A stretch of 32,000 bases of DNA from Microcystis aeruginosa NIES-2549 (GCF_000981785.2 NZ_CP011304.1:3180001-3212000); one strand, 5' to 3'. Positions 18,079 to 26,283 are shown, numbered from the stretch's first letter. Made by a program: numbers and translations. Notes: generated by a model not told the origin, from the sequence alone.

Positions 18079-20151
18079 TCAGGAAGACTTATTTTGATTT
18101 CTTCTGGCGTTAATTTTAGCGCGTAAAATCCTCACTTTATAGGGATCAGCATCTTTTCGCCACAGTATCTGATAGCCTTTGATTGTAGCACAATTCTCCT
18201 CTAAACATTTTTGCCAACCCTGTAAACGTTCGATCGCTTTTCTATCCTCTAACAATCCCCAATCCTTTTCTAATTGAGTTAAGCGAACCAATTTATCATA
18301 GTTAGGATAATCCGCCGTTACTAAAAGCTCTTTTTCGTGTAGAATTGGCGGATTAGGACTATCCCGATAATCGCGAAAACTAAAATCAGCCGAACCTAAA
18401 TATACATCCATGCTAGTGGCTAAAATCGGATGAATTTCTGTATCAAAATTGGGGTAATAGAGATAGGAAATTTTGGGTTGACGAAAGGATAAACGAATAA
18501 CGTTAGCATTTTCTAACCGTCCGATAGTTTGACTAGCACAACCTTCATATAAGCGTAATAACATCGGTAATTTTTCCAGAATGCTAATATGAATAGTTAG
18601 GGAATAACGGGAAAGTTTGCCTAGAGAACTATTTTCACAAGTACGAGCGATTGCTGGCAAATTTCCCGCACTTATTAACACTTCTTCTGCTAAAGCGCAA
18701 GCATTGCGATAACTGCCAAATAAAGCTTTAAAATCGGCACGGGTAGCGGGGGATAATTCCCGTACTTTCGGACATTGGCTAAATTGACTTAAAGCTAAAT
18801 AAAGTAAAAGATCTGCGCGTCTTTTATCGGCAATTATCTCCCATTCTTCCCCTTCTGTTACTTGTAAAATCACTTGAAAAGCTCGTCTAAAAGTCCCAAA
18901 TTCTGCCTTAATTTCTTCCTCTTGTAATAATTCTCCTGCAACGGGTAAACGTCCTTGTTGGGTGTAAAATTCCATCAGGGGAGTTAATAAATCTTCGTAA
19001 TCTTCAAAGCGTTTGAGATGGGTTTTAATTTTAGGAGTGGCAGTGCGGGAACGACATCTCGATAAACGAAAAGTTTCGGCTTTTTCTTCCTCTCGAAAAA
19101 CTAGATAAATTCCCAAAGTTATTGGAATAGAATCAACTCCTAAACTGCTATCAATATACTGTTTTAGCTCTTCCTGTTGATAGTATTTTTGAAAGGTATT
19201 GCGACGGGTTATAATTCCATCTTCATAAGCCATTAAACCCCGTTCGCTATCATCAATTAAAATCTGTGCCGAAACAATTAAAACTTGACGGGTTAATTGC
19301 CAAGCTTTTAATAAAGCTTCCTGCCGTTCTTCGGCGGATTCAATAACATTAATTACATAGCCTAAATTAACAATATCAGATTCAATTAAAGGACTATCGG
19401 GACGATAATAAGGATCCCAACCTTCACTTTGATAACCCTGTTCAGCTATGCGTTCTATATCACCTCCATAACCACAACCGTAATCAAAAAAAGTGGTTTC
19501 AGGAAGAAATAATCCCGCCGCTAATGCTAATCTTGTCGGACGAGAAAGGGTTTTGCGAACAAGAGCGGCTTTGTGGCGATCAATTATTATCGATTTTTCC
19601 TTTTGTCCCTCTAAATTACAAACTAAATAATCTCCTGCAAAATCAAGGTGATGCTTTCTTAAAAGCCGTTGCCATTCCTGTTTAGTACCGATGGGATAAG
19701 AACTATTTAAAAGTCCTAAAGCACTCTCGATTTTTGTGAGATGATCGAATTGTTCATAAAGAGGATAGTCCCTAGTAACAAAAGTTTCTTTTCGGTGTAA
19801 AATGGGCGGATTATCAGCATTTTGATAATTCCATTCACTTAAGATTAATGTCCCCAAATCTACCACTAAACTTTTAGTTAAAACTGGGTGAGGTTCCCGA
19901 TCAAAATCGGGATAAAAAAGATAGGATATTTTCGGTTTATCGGTGCTAAATTTAATTATTGTTGCCTCAGATAAATGCTGATTAATTCTTGCTTGTTGTT
20001 CGTAATTCTGGAGAATAGGATCAAGTTGATGTAATGCTTCTCGATGAACATAAAGCGCCCCCGGTAATAGTTTACCGATGGGACTAACTTGACACAGTTG
20101 CACGATTAAGGTGAAATTATCAGCCATGGCAATTAATCTGTCTAATGACAA
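18079..20151 (-). CDS. Large SAM-dependent methyltransferase-like protein; resembles the 'DNA phosphorothioation-associated putative methyltransferase' family; contains an internally duplicated flanking module
   Basis: 690-aa ORF from a TTG at 20151; the first ATG at 20127 would give 682 aa. Class-I methyltransferase motif I is FFDYGCGYGGD (aa 221-230), followed by DIVNLGYVINVIE. Aa 74-148 and 560-634 are about 52 percent identical to each other. The family name is from memory and is not verified. Confidence 0.6.
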   Translation of the reverse strand: MSLDRLIAMADNFTLIVQLCQVSPIGKLLPGALYVHREALHQLDPILQNYEQQARINQHLSEATIIKFSTDKPKISYLFYPDFDREPHPVLTKSLVVDLGTLILSEWNYQNADNPPILHRKETFVTRDYPLYEQFDHLTKIESALGLLNSSYPIGTKQEWQRLLRKHHLDFAGDYLVCNLEGQKEKSIIIDRHKAALVRKTLSRPTRLALAAGLFLPETTFFDYGCGYGGDIERIAEQGYQSEGWDPYYRPDSPLIESDIVNLGYVINVIESAEERQEALLKAWQLTRQVLIVSAQILIDDSERGLMAYEDGIITRRNTFQKYYQQEELKQYIDSSLGVDSIPITLGIYLVFREEEKAETFRLSRCRSRTATPKIKTHLKRFEDYEDLLTPLMEFYTQQGRLPVAGELLQEEEIKAEFGTFRRAFQVILQVTEGEEWEIIADKRRADLLLYLALSQFSQCPKVRELSPATRADFKALFGSYRNACALAEEVLISAGNLPAIARTCENSSLGKLSRYSLTIHISILEKLPMLLRLYEGCASQTIGRLENANVIRLSFRQPKISYLYYPNFDTEIHPILATSMDVYLGSADFSFRDYRDSPNPPILHEKELLVTADYPNYDKLVRLTQLEKDWGLLEDRKAIERLQGWQKCLEENCATIKGYQILWRKDADPYKVRILRAKINARRNQNKSS

Positions 20152-20170
20152 ATTCTAGAGACAGAAAAAA

Positions 20171-20950
20171 CTAAATAAATCTAGTTAAATGAACCCGATA
20201 GCGCTCTTTTTTTGTCACAGTCACCTCACCCACTTCTAAACGACCTTTTCCCCGAAAAGAAATCAAATCACCGGTTTTAACGTTATAACTAGATTGACTG
20301 ATATCTTTCCAGTTAACTCGCACATCCCCAGCACTAATTGCCTCGGCCATTTTACTGCGAGAAATGCCAAAACCCGCCGAGGCAATCGCATCCAAACGTA
20401 AGGAAGCTTCCACAGTATTAATTTCTTTTTTTTGCGGTGGTCTAACTTTTAATTCCGTCAAAGGAATCGGGCTAGTTTTCACGGGAACCGAACGCACTTG
20501 TAGTAAATTAGCACATAAAAAATCTGCCAATTCAGGCACTACAATCGCCTGCGCTCCTCGCTCACCTAAAACGATTATATCGCCGACTTTTTCCCGGACG
20601 ATCCCTGTCCCCAACATTGCCCCTAAAAAATCCCGGTGGTTAGCGGTATCAAAAAGAAAATTACCGGCAATATCAAGGGCAGATAGGGGAATATCTGTTT
20701 CTGCCAAAGGTAAATCAACTCTAGCAATACCGATGCGCTGTCTTTCTGCTTGGGGATAACCGCCCCATTTCTGCATTGACACATCGGTTAAACGCTGAAA
20801 AACCCGTTCTACTTCCGCCAAAACCGCAGGAGAAAGAAAGTCTGTCACCGTCACTTCCCAAGTCTTAATCGCTTGTTCGGCTTTATCAATAACTTTCGCT
20901 ATGTCCTCGCGGTTTTCAACACCCTTTAGTAATTCTTCTCTTGGTAACAT
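20171..20950 (-). CDS. S4 RNA-binding-domain protein, YlmH-like / cyanobacterial 'photosystem II S4 domain protein' type
   Basis: The ATG at 20950..20948 (MLPREELLKG) gives 259 aa; the track ORF starts at an upstream TTG. The WGGYPQAERQRI block and the C-terminal S4-like segment RLDAIASAGFGISRSKMAEAISAGDVRVNWK fit the family. Confidence 0.65.
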   Translation of the reverse strand: MLPREELLKGVENREDIAKVIDKAEQAIKTWEVTVTDFLSPAVLAEVERVFQRLTDVSMQKWGGYPQAERQRIGIARVDLPLAETDIPLSALDIAGNFLFDTANHRDFLGAMLGTGIVREKVGDIIVLGERGAQAIVVPELADFLCANLLQVRSVPVKTSPIPLTELKVRPPQKKEINTVEASLRLDAIASAGFGISRSKMAEAISAGDVRVNWKDISQSSYNVKTGDLISFRGKGRLEVGEVTVTKKERYRVHLTRFI

Positions 20951-21021
20951 TGTTTTCTGGTAATTAATCAAAACTTCTTAGGAAAAAATCAGATGAACCA
21001 TAACTTATTCCCGATAACCGT

Positions 21022-21531
21022 TCACCGTTCTAGGGCGTATCCTTGCAGATTTTCGGGGTTAAATTGACGGAGGATAAGAGTCGCTTGATTTTTCAGGTTT
21101 TCCGAACCCTGCACGATAATAATATATTTTCCGGCACCGAGACGATTGCGATAGGGAAGTGCATCACCACTGCCGGACGATAAACCCACACCACCACCGA
21201 CGAAAATACTGCCCATCGCCCCCCCAATCGCCCCGGCAATACCGCCGACGATATGATTGCCCGGTTCTCCGGCCCAATCAAAGGTATGCAACCCCGTAAT
21301 CAGGTTAAAAAGGTAGCCACCGGCAAAACCGAAGGGAATTAGCCAAAAAGCCATGAGAGTGGCCCGTTTTTTGGCCTGTTGAAAGGGATCGATCAAACCG
21401 AACTCATCGGCACTTTTATAGCCGCGACCGAGAATGGTCACTTGAGATTGGGGAATTCCCGCCTTTTCCAGGGCAACGGAAGCTTCTTCTGCTTGTATGC
21501 GATCAGCTAACACGGCAATGAGATAATTCAT
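21022..21531 (-). CDS. Hypothetical membrane protein with glycine-zipper segments
   Basis: The ATG at 21531..21529 is preceded by GGAG (ttGGAGaatATG); the track ORF starts 3 codons earlier at a TTG. A soluble N-terminal domain is followed by hydrophobic Gly-rich stretches (FGFAGGYLFNLITG, GGIAGAIGGAMGSIFVGGGVGL). Confidence 0.5.
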   Translation of the reverse strand: MNYLIAVLADRIQAEEASVALEKAGIPQSQVTILGRGYKSADEFGLIDPFQQAKKRATLMAFWLIPFGFAGGYLFNLITGLHTFDWAGEPGNHIVGGIAGAIGGAMGSIFVGGGVGLSSGSGDALPYRNRLGAGKYIIIVQGSENLKNQATLILRQFNPENLQGYALER

Positions 21532-22119
21532 ATTCTCCAACTTTTTAGGCTATCTTCATCTCCTATTGTAAGGATTTTGGGGACTGAAAAGCCGCTCGAT
21601 CGAGAAAATATTCAAGGGGATGCGTTAGTCAATCTTAGATAGGATTGATTAATGTGGAATTATTAGCAATTCAAGAAATTGCTCTATCTTAGTTATTTCT
21701 GGTACTACTTGACCATAAAGATCGAGGAAGATAGTCGAATTATCATTATTAACAAGAAGTTTTTCGGGATTATTACCATTGGGATTAGACTGTAAAGTTT
21801 GACTCACTCCTGTCATTATTTGAATGTTTTTATCGGCTACATCTGAGTTAAAAACTAAAAAATAGATTAGATTTTTGTTAATAATAGCTAGTCTTAATAA
21901 ATCCACTTGTCCGCCAATTAAATTTATGAGAAAAAAGAGAAATAAATACCGCAGTTCTAGCCTTCTCTTATCGACCTATACCAATTTAGATGCGCGGCAG
22001 CTTATTAGTTAAAACCGACTTGACTGCTGAAATAAGGAATTGATTCCCTGACTGAAGATTGACTTCTCTCTTGTGTTTAGTTGTGGCGCTGGGATCCCTA
22101 ACCATTGTATCATGGAAAA

Positions 22120-23151
22120 ATGCGAAGACTCACAATCACTCGACCCGACGACTGGCACCTTCATCTCCGCGACGGTGCGGCACTGAAAGCGGTTCTACCC
22201 CATACGGTGCGTCAGTTTGCCCGTGCCATTATCATGCCAAATTTAAAGCCCCCAGTGCGCTCGGTGGCCGATGCCGCCTCCTACCGCGAGCGCATTCTGG
22301 CAGCAGTTCCAGAGGGTCAACAGTTCGAGCCACTGATGACACTATATCTCACCGATAATACCAGTCCCGAAGAAATCATGGCGGCGAAAGCCTCCCAGTT
22401 TGTCAAAGCGGTGAAATACTACCCAGCCGGTGCCACCACTAATTCCGACTTGGGGGTGACGGACCTTCGTCGGTGCGATCGCGTTTTGGCAGCGATGGAG
22501 CAGGTAGATATGCCGCTACTACTGCACGGAGAAGTCACCGATGGTGATATTGATGTGTTCGATCGAGAGAAAGTGTTCATTGAGAAGCACTTGCTCCCAC
22601 TGATAACAAGATTTCCGAAACTGCGCGTCGTCTTTGAACACATTACCACTGCCGATGCGGTCAACTTTGTTCTATCTGCTAACAACAACGTCGCCGCCAC
22701 AATTACGCCCCAACATTTATTGTTTAGCCGAAACATTCTCTTTACCGGGGGCATTCGTCCCCATTTTTATTGCCTGCCGATTTTGAAACGAGAGGATCAT
22801 CGTTTGGCACTTTTGCAAGCGGCAACATCGGGCAATCCCAAGTTTTTTCTAGGGACCGATAGTGCGCCCCATTCTCGCTACAGCAAGGAAAGTTCCTGTG
22901 GCTGCGCGGGTTGTTATTCGGCTCTGCACGCCCTAGAGTTGTACGCAGAAGCTTTTGAGAGTGTCGATGCAATTGAGCAACTGGAAGGGTTCGCCAGCTT
23001 CCACGGTCCAGATTTCTATCAACTCCCCCGAAATACGGAACAAATCACCTTAACCAAAACCCCTTGGCGCATTCCCGATGAATTGCCATTTCCCGAATCC
23101 GGACTGGTGCCGTTACGAGCGGGTGAAGAGATAAGCTGGCAATTAGGGTAA
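22120..23151 (+). CDS. pyrC: Dihydroorotase, homodimeric (E. coli PyrC) type
   Basis: The [19 protein letters not shown] opening (metal-binding HxH), the carbamylated-Lys context and LGTDSAPH are typical of class II dihydroorotase. I prefer the ATG at 22120 over the TTG at 22105. Confidence 0.9.
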   Translation: MRRLTITRPDDWHLHLRDGAALKAVLPHTVRQFARAIIMPNLKPPVRSVADAASYRERILAAVPEGQQFEPLMTLYLTDNTSPEEIMAAKASQFVKAVKYYPAGATTNSDLGVTDLRRCDRVLAAMEQVDMPLLLHGEVTDGDIDVFDREKVFIEKHLLPLITRFPKLRVVFEHITTADAVNFVLSANNNVAATITPQHLLFSRNILFTGGIRPHFYCLPILKREDHRLALLQAATSGNPKFFLGTDSAPHSRYSKESSCGCAGCYSALHALELYAEAFESVDAIEQLEGFASFHGPDFYQLPRNTEQITLTKTPWRIPDELPFPESGLVPLRAGEEISWQLG

Positions 23152-23193
23152 TAAAAACCGCCAGTCTTAGCTTACCTAAAATGTTTGTGGTTT

Positions 23194-24489
23194 TTATGCT
23201 CCCGTCTTATTTTGATAATAATCGCGGGTTCCCTTGGCATCTAGGGCCTCACCGAGACGAGTAATAGCCTGGGCGTAGGCGGCGTTACGCAGAGATATAT
23301 CGAACTCCTGGGCGAAAGACCAGACTTTTTCCGCTTCTGTCACCATTCTTTCTTTTAAGCGCTCATTGATCTCGTTTAATCGCCAATAAAGACCGCTGCG
23401 ATTTTGCACCCATTCAAAATAACTCACCGTTACCCCACCGGCGTTAACTAGAATATCGGGGAAAACGAGAATCCCTTTTGATTCTAAAATGCGATCGGCT
23501 TCTGAGGTAGTCGGACCATTGGCCACTTCAAAGATATATTTTGCCCGCACGCGATCGGCATTTTCGGCGGTAATTTGGTTTTCTAGGGCGGCTGGAATCA
23601 AAATATCTACATCTAGGGCTAATAATTCTTCATTACTAATCGCCTCGTGTTCTACGATATTACACACAGTACCCTCACAGTAAATAGCAGTAATTCCGCG
23701 ATGTTCCTGTTTATAATCACGAATGCTGGCAATATCTAGGCCTTTTTCCCGATAAATGCCGCCCTGGGAATCACTTACCGCCACCACTTGATAACCGGCT
23801 TTGGCGAGGAGATCCGCCACTACGGCCCCAGCGTTACCGAATCCTTGGACGGCTACGGTAGTATTAGCGGGTTTTTTGTCTAATTTCGGCAAAAGAGAAT
23901 GGATGACATGAAAAGCACCCGTTCCCGTCGCCGTATCGCGGCCGCGACTGCCTCCCATGGTTAAAGGTTTCCCCGTCACCACCGCCGGACTAATTTTACG
24001 CTGAATGATGCTGTACTGGTCCATCATCCAACCCATGATCATCTCGTTGGTATAGACATCGGGGGCAAGAATATCGACATCGGGACCGATAAAGTCGGCT
24101 ATACCCTCGATATAACCCCGGCTAAGGCGTTCTAACTCGGCTTTTGACAATTCTTTCGGATTGAGGGTAATGCCGCCCTTAGCCCCACCAAAGGGCAAAT
24201 CCAGCAGGGCGCATTTAAAGGTCATCCAAAAGGCTAGGGACTGCACCTCATCGATGTTGACGTTGGGATGATAGCGCACACCTCCCTTGCCAGGGCCACG
24301 GGTGTCATCGTAGCGGACGCGGTAGCCTTGGAAGATTCTTAAAGTGCCGTTGTCCATACGGACGGGTATGGAGACGCTGAGACTAGCTTTGGGATATTTT
24401 AACCGCTCGATCGCATCATCGGAAATGGAGACATACTTAAGGGCCCGTTCTAGGCGACTGCTGGCATCGGTAAAGAGTGATTTCGACAT
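23194..24489 (-). CDS. gdhA: Glutamate dehydrogenase (Glu/Leu/Phe/Val dehydrogenase family)
   Basis: It has the catalytic-Lys block PFGGAKGGI, GPGKGGVRYHP, and a Rossmann segment VAVQGFGNAGAV. I prefer the ATG at 24489..24487 (MSKSLFTD), which is preceded by GAGGA. The track ORF begins 9 codons earlier at 24516. Confidence 0.9.
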   Translation of the reverse strand: MSKSLFTDASSRLERALKYVSISDDAIERLKYPKASLSVSIPVRMDNGTLRIFQGYRVRYDDTRGPGKGGVRYHPNVNIDEVQSLAFWMTFKCALLDLPFGGAKGGITLNPKELSKAELERLSRGYIEGIADFIGPDVDILAPDVYTNEMIMGWMMDQYSIIQRKISPAVVTGKPLTMGGSRGRDTATGTGAFHVIHSLLPKLDKKPANTTVAVQGFGNAGAVVADLLAKAGYQVVAVSDSQGGIYREKGLDIASIRDYKQEHRGITAIYCEGTVCNIVEHEAISNEELLALDVDILIPAALENQITAENADRVRAKYIFEVANGPTTSEADRILESKGILVFPDILVNAGGVTVSYFEWVQNRSGLYWRLNEINERLKERMVTEAEKVWSFAQEFDISLRNAAYAQAITRLGEALDAKGTRDYYQNKTGA

Positions 24490-24533
24490 GATTTTTTTTC
24501 CTCTATCTATCCCCATTAGAACAGGTCAAAACC

Positions 24534-24547
24534 GTATATTTTGCTAC
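24534..24547. promoter_or_regulatory. NtcA-type palindrome GTA-N8-TAC upstream of gdhA
   Basis: GTATATTTTGCTAC matches the GTAN8TAC core exactly. It lies 45 nt upstream of the preferred gdhA ATG. No clean TAN3T -10 box sits at the canonical 22-nt spacing. Confidence 0.3.
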
Positions 24548-24624
24548 AGTTTATTTTTCTTAATTAACCATAGACAAGAATTGCCGACAAGTGTTCTCAA
24601 ACAAGGTTACTGTCGGGGTTAACT

Positions 24625-25767
24625 TCAGTTGCGAGAAAAGAGGCTTGACCCGGGAGGATAGCATCGGCTTTCCGAGTTATATTCTAGATTAAGAGGCAAA
24701 TAAACGGTAAAAGTTGTGCCTTGATCTAGCTGAGAATCGACAGTAATTTTTCCTCGATGTTTTTCAATAATTTGACGGGAAAGATATAATCCTAAACCGC
24801 TGCTAACGCAACGTTGGTGGTTAGTCGGAAAGATATCAAATAGGCAAATTTTTTCTTCTTCAGTAATACCGATTCCCGTATCAGTAACGGTAAAAATTAA
24901 CTGTTTTAATTCCCGATCATCTATACTCAAACTAACATTGACTGAGCCACTATCGGTAAATTTAATCGCATTAGTGATCAGATTCGTGGCCATGCGTCGC
25001 AATTCTAATTTATCTCCCATGAGAGTATATTTTGCCTTGGCAGCCCAGAGAAAATCAAGGGGTAAATGTTTCTCGTCCGCTAGGGGTTGCAATTCCCGAA
25101 TCACTTCCAGAATAATTGCCGGTAAATCCACTTCTGTGTAATCAAGGGTTTTGCGATCGGCTTCGTAGAGATAAACTTCCAGTAAATTATTAACCATCTG
25201 CAATAAATTGCGATTATTGCGGGTCATGGCATCGATAACTTCTAGCAAGTTTTCCGATAATTCTCCTAAGACACCCTGCTGCATTAAGCTAAACATTCTT
25301 TCGGCCGCCACTAGCGGTGTTCTTAAATCGTGGGTGAGACGGGAGACAAAATCCTCACGAATGCGAACCATCTGTTCCCGTTCATCGATACTATGTTTTA
25401 ACTGGAGCAGCGATCGCACTCTGGCGATTAATTCACCGATATGGAGGGGTTTACGGATAAAATCATCGACTCCTAGCGCTAAACCCTTGATCACACTAGC
25501 TTGATCGTCGGTTGAAATTAACAGGATCGGGATATAAGGTAAGTTGCTATCTTGACGGATTTTTTGGGTGAGTTGGTACCCATCGATCTCCGGCATCATC
25601 ACATCGAGTAAAATCAGGTGAGGAGGGGAAATTCTGATTTTTTCCAGAGCTAACACCCCATTATTGGCTTTAATGATCTCAAATCCCTGACTTTGTAAAA
25701 TGGCATCGATGAGTGAGAGATTTTCTGGCACATCATCCACCACGAGGACGCGAGCGCTTAATTCCAT
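24625..25767 (-). CDS. Hybrid two-component protein: N-terminal receiver domain fused to a histidine kinase core (HisKA + HATPase_c)
   Basis: The REC domain shows VLVVDDVPENL, LLDVMMPEIDGY and RKP. The H-box is SRLTHDLRTPL, the N-box NLITNAIKFT, and the G-boxes DTGIGI and GLGLYLS. No transmembrane segment is present. Confidence 0.9.
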   Translation of the reverse strand: MELSARVLVVDDVPENLSLIDAILQSQGFEIIKANNGVLALEKIRISPPHLILLDVMMPEIDGYQLTQKIRQDSNLPYIPILLISTDDQASVIKGLALGVDDFIRKPLHIGELIARVRSLLQLKHSIDEREQMVRIREDFVSRLTHDLRTPLVAAERMFSLMQQGVLGELSENLLEVIDAMTRNNRNLLQMVNNLLEVYLYEADRKTLDYTEVDLPAIILEVIRELQPLADEKHLPLDFLWAAKAKYTLMGDKLELRRMATNLITNAIKFTDSGSVNVSLSIDDRELKQLIFTVTDTGIGITEEEKICLFDIFPTNHQRCVSSGLGLYLSRQIIEKHRGKITVDSQLDQGTTFTVYLPLNLEYNSESRCYPPGSSLFSRN

Positions 25768-25830
25768 TTAATTTTAATGCCAACGATACTATGACGGCAT
25801 TTCTCGTCAAGATAAAGTGTAACCTAAAAA

Positions 25831-25943
25831 GTGCAAGGGTTTTCAGACTTGCGGTAGTTATAACCTTGCACTTGTTTGGGAAAAAAGGGCTTAAAACCGT
25901 TAACCGCACTGAATTCTACTTTTATTCAGCCAACCCTAAATAG
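25831..25943. repeat. Degenerate ~112-bp repeat unit A, with an internal 8-bp inverted repeat and a terminal 21-mer
   Basis: gtgcaagg (25831-25838) pairs with ccttgcac (25864-25871). The unit ends in ttattcagccaaccctaaata (25923-25943), which recurs exactly at 26140-26160. A 9-bp hairpin gccaaccct/agggttggc spans 25929-25950. Confidence 0.7.
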
Positions 25944-25958
25944 GGTTGGCGGCAAAAA

Positions 25959-26030
25959 GTAGGGGCGAAGCATTCGGATAGAAAATCTACGGTTTCACCG
26001 ATAGGTTATGCCCGAATGCTTCGCCCCTAC
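25959..26030. repeat. Perfect 19-bp inverted repeat element (MITE/REP-like palindromic unit)
   Basis: gtaggggcgaagcattcgg (25959-25977) is the exact reverse complement of ccgaatgcttcgcccctac (26012-26030), with a 34-nt spacer. The element sits between repeat units A and B. Confidence 0.8.
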
Positions 26031-26049
26031 AGGACGTGAGCCGATGAAG

Positions 26050-26160
26050 ATGCAAGATTTTGAACCAAGATTCTCTCAAAATCTTGCACCTGTTTCGCCA
26101 GAAAAGCCACAAAACCCCTATCCTGCCTACATTTCACATTTATTCAGCCAACCCTAAATA
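26050..26160. repeat. Degenerate ~112-bp repeat unit B
   Basis: It has the same architecture as unit A: an 11-bp inverted repeat tgcaagatttt/aaaatcttgca (26051-26061 / 26078-26088), then cttgcacctgttt..., ending in the identical 21-mer ttattcagccaaccctaaata (26140-26160). Confidence 0.7.
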
Positions 26161-26163
26161 AAT

Positions 26164-26196
26164 CACAGAACCGATGATCCTATCATCGGTTCTGTG
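26164..26196 (-). terminator. Second stem-loop downstream of the S8 protease gene (15-bp perfect stem, 3-nt loop)
   Basis: cacagaaccgatgat-cct-atcatcggttctgtg. On the minus strand it is followed by ATTTATTT. Confidence 0.45.
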
Positions 26197-26219
26197 AACT
26201 CGTTGACGGAAAATGGAAA

Positions 26220-26248
26220 TCAGGCATCAGCGAAAAGCTGATGCCTGA
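26220..26248 (-). terminator. Rho-independent-type terminator of the S8 protease gene
   Basis: tcaggcatcagc-gaaaa-gctgatgcctga forms a 12-bp perfect stem. It lies 36 nt past the minus-strand stop (26284-26286). On the minus strand it is followed by TTTCCATTTTCC. Confidence 0.6.
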
Positions 26249-26283
26249 AGATAAGATATCTGAGTCCGAAAAACAGCTAAGTT

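Noticed and set aside
20364-21281. ORFs 20364-20759(+) and 21093-21281(-)
   Set aside because: The first is antisense to the S4-domain gene. The second is an alternative frame of the glycine-zipper membrane protein gene. Both give low-complexity translations.
22120-23151. pyrC looked strikingly GC-rich (sampled lines about 48-65 percent), suggesting horizontal transfer
   Set aside because: Sampled lines of ftsH, the amidase and the S8 protease gave similar values (about 55-60 percent), and pyrC carries a HIP1 site. The genome appears to be compositionally bimodal, with conserved genes GC-richer, so pyrC is not an outlier.
23151-23197. 9-bp A/T inverted repeat (ataaaaacc / ggtttttat) between convergent pyrC and gdhA, considered as a bidirectional terminator
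   Set aside because: The stem is all A/T except for two C-G pairs, has a 29-nt loop, and overlaps both stop codons. That is too weak to call.
22059-23683. ORFs 22059-22358(+), 22419-22754(-), 22742-22972(-) and 23489-23683(+)
   Set aside because: These are alternative-frame or antisense ORFs within the relatively GC-rich pyrC and gdhA genes, where long shadow ORFs are expected.
24344-25943. ORFs 24344-24622(+), 24938-25141(+), 25208-25504(+) and 25713-25943(+)
   Set aside because: They are antisense to gdhA or the hybrid kinase, or they run through the intergenic repeat unit. None has a motif or start-site support.
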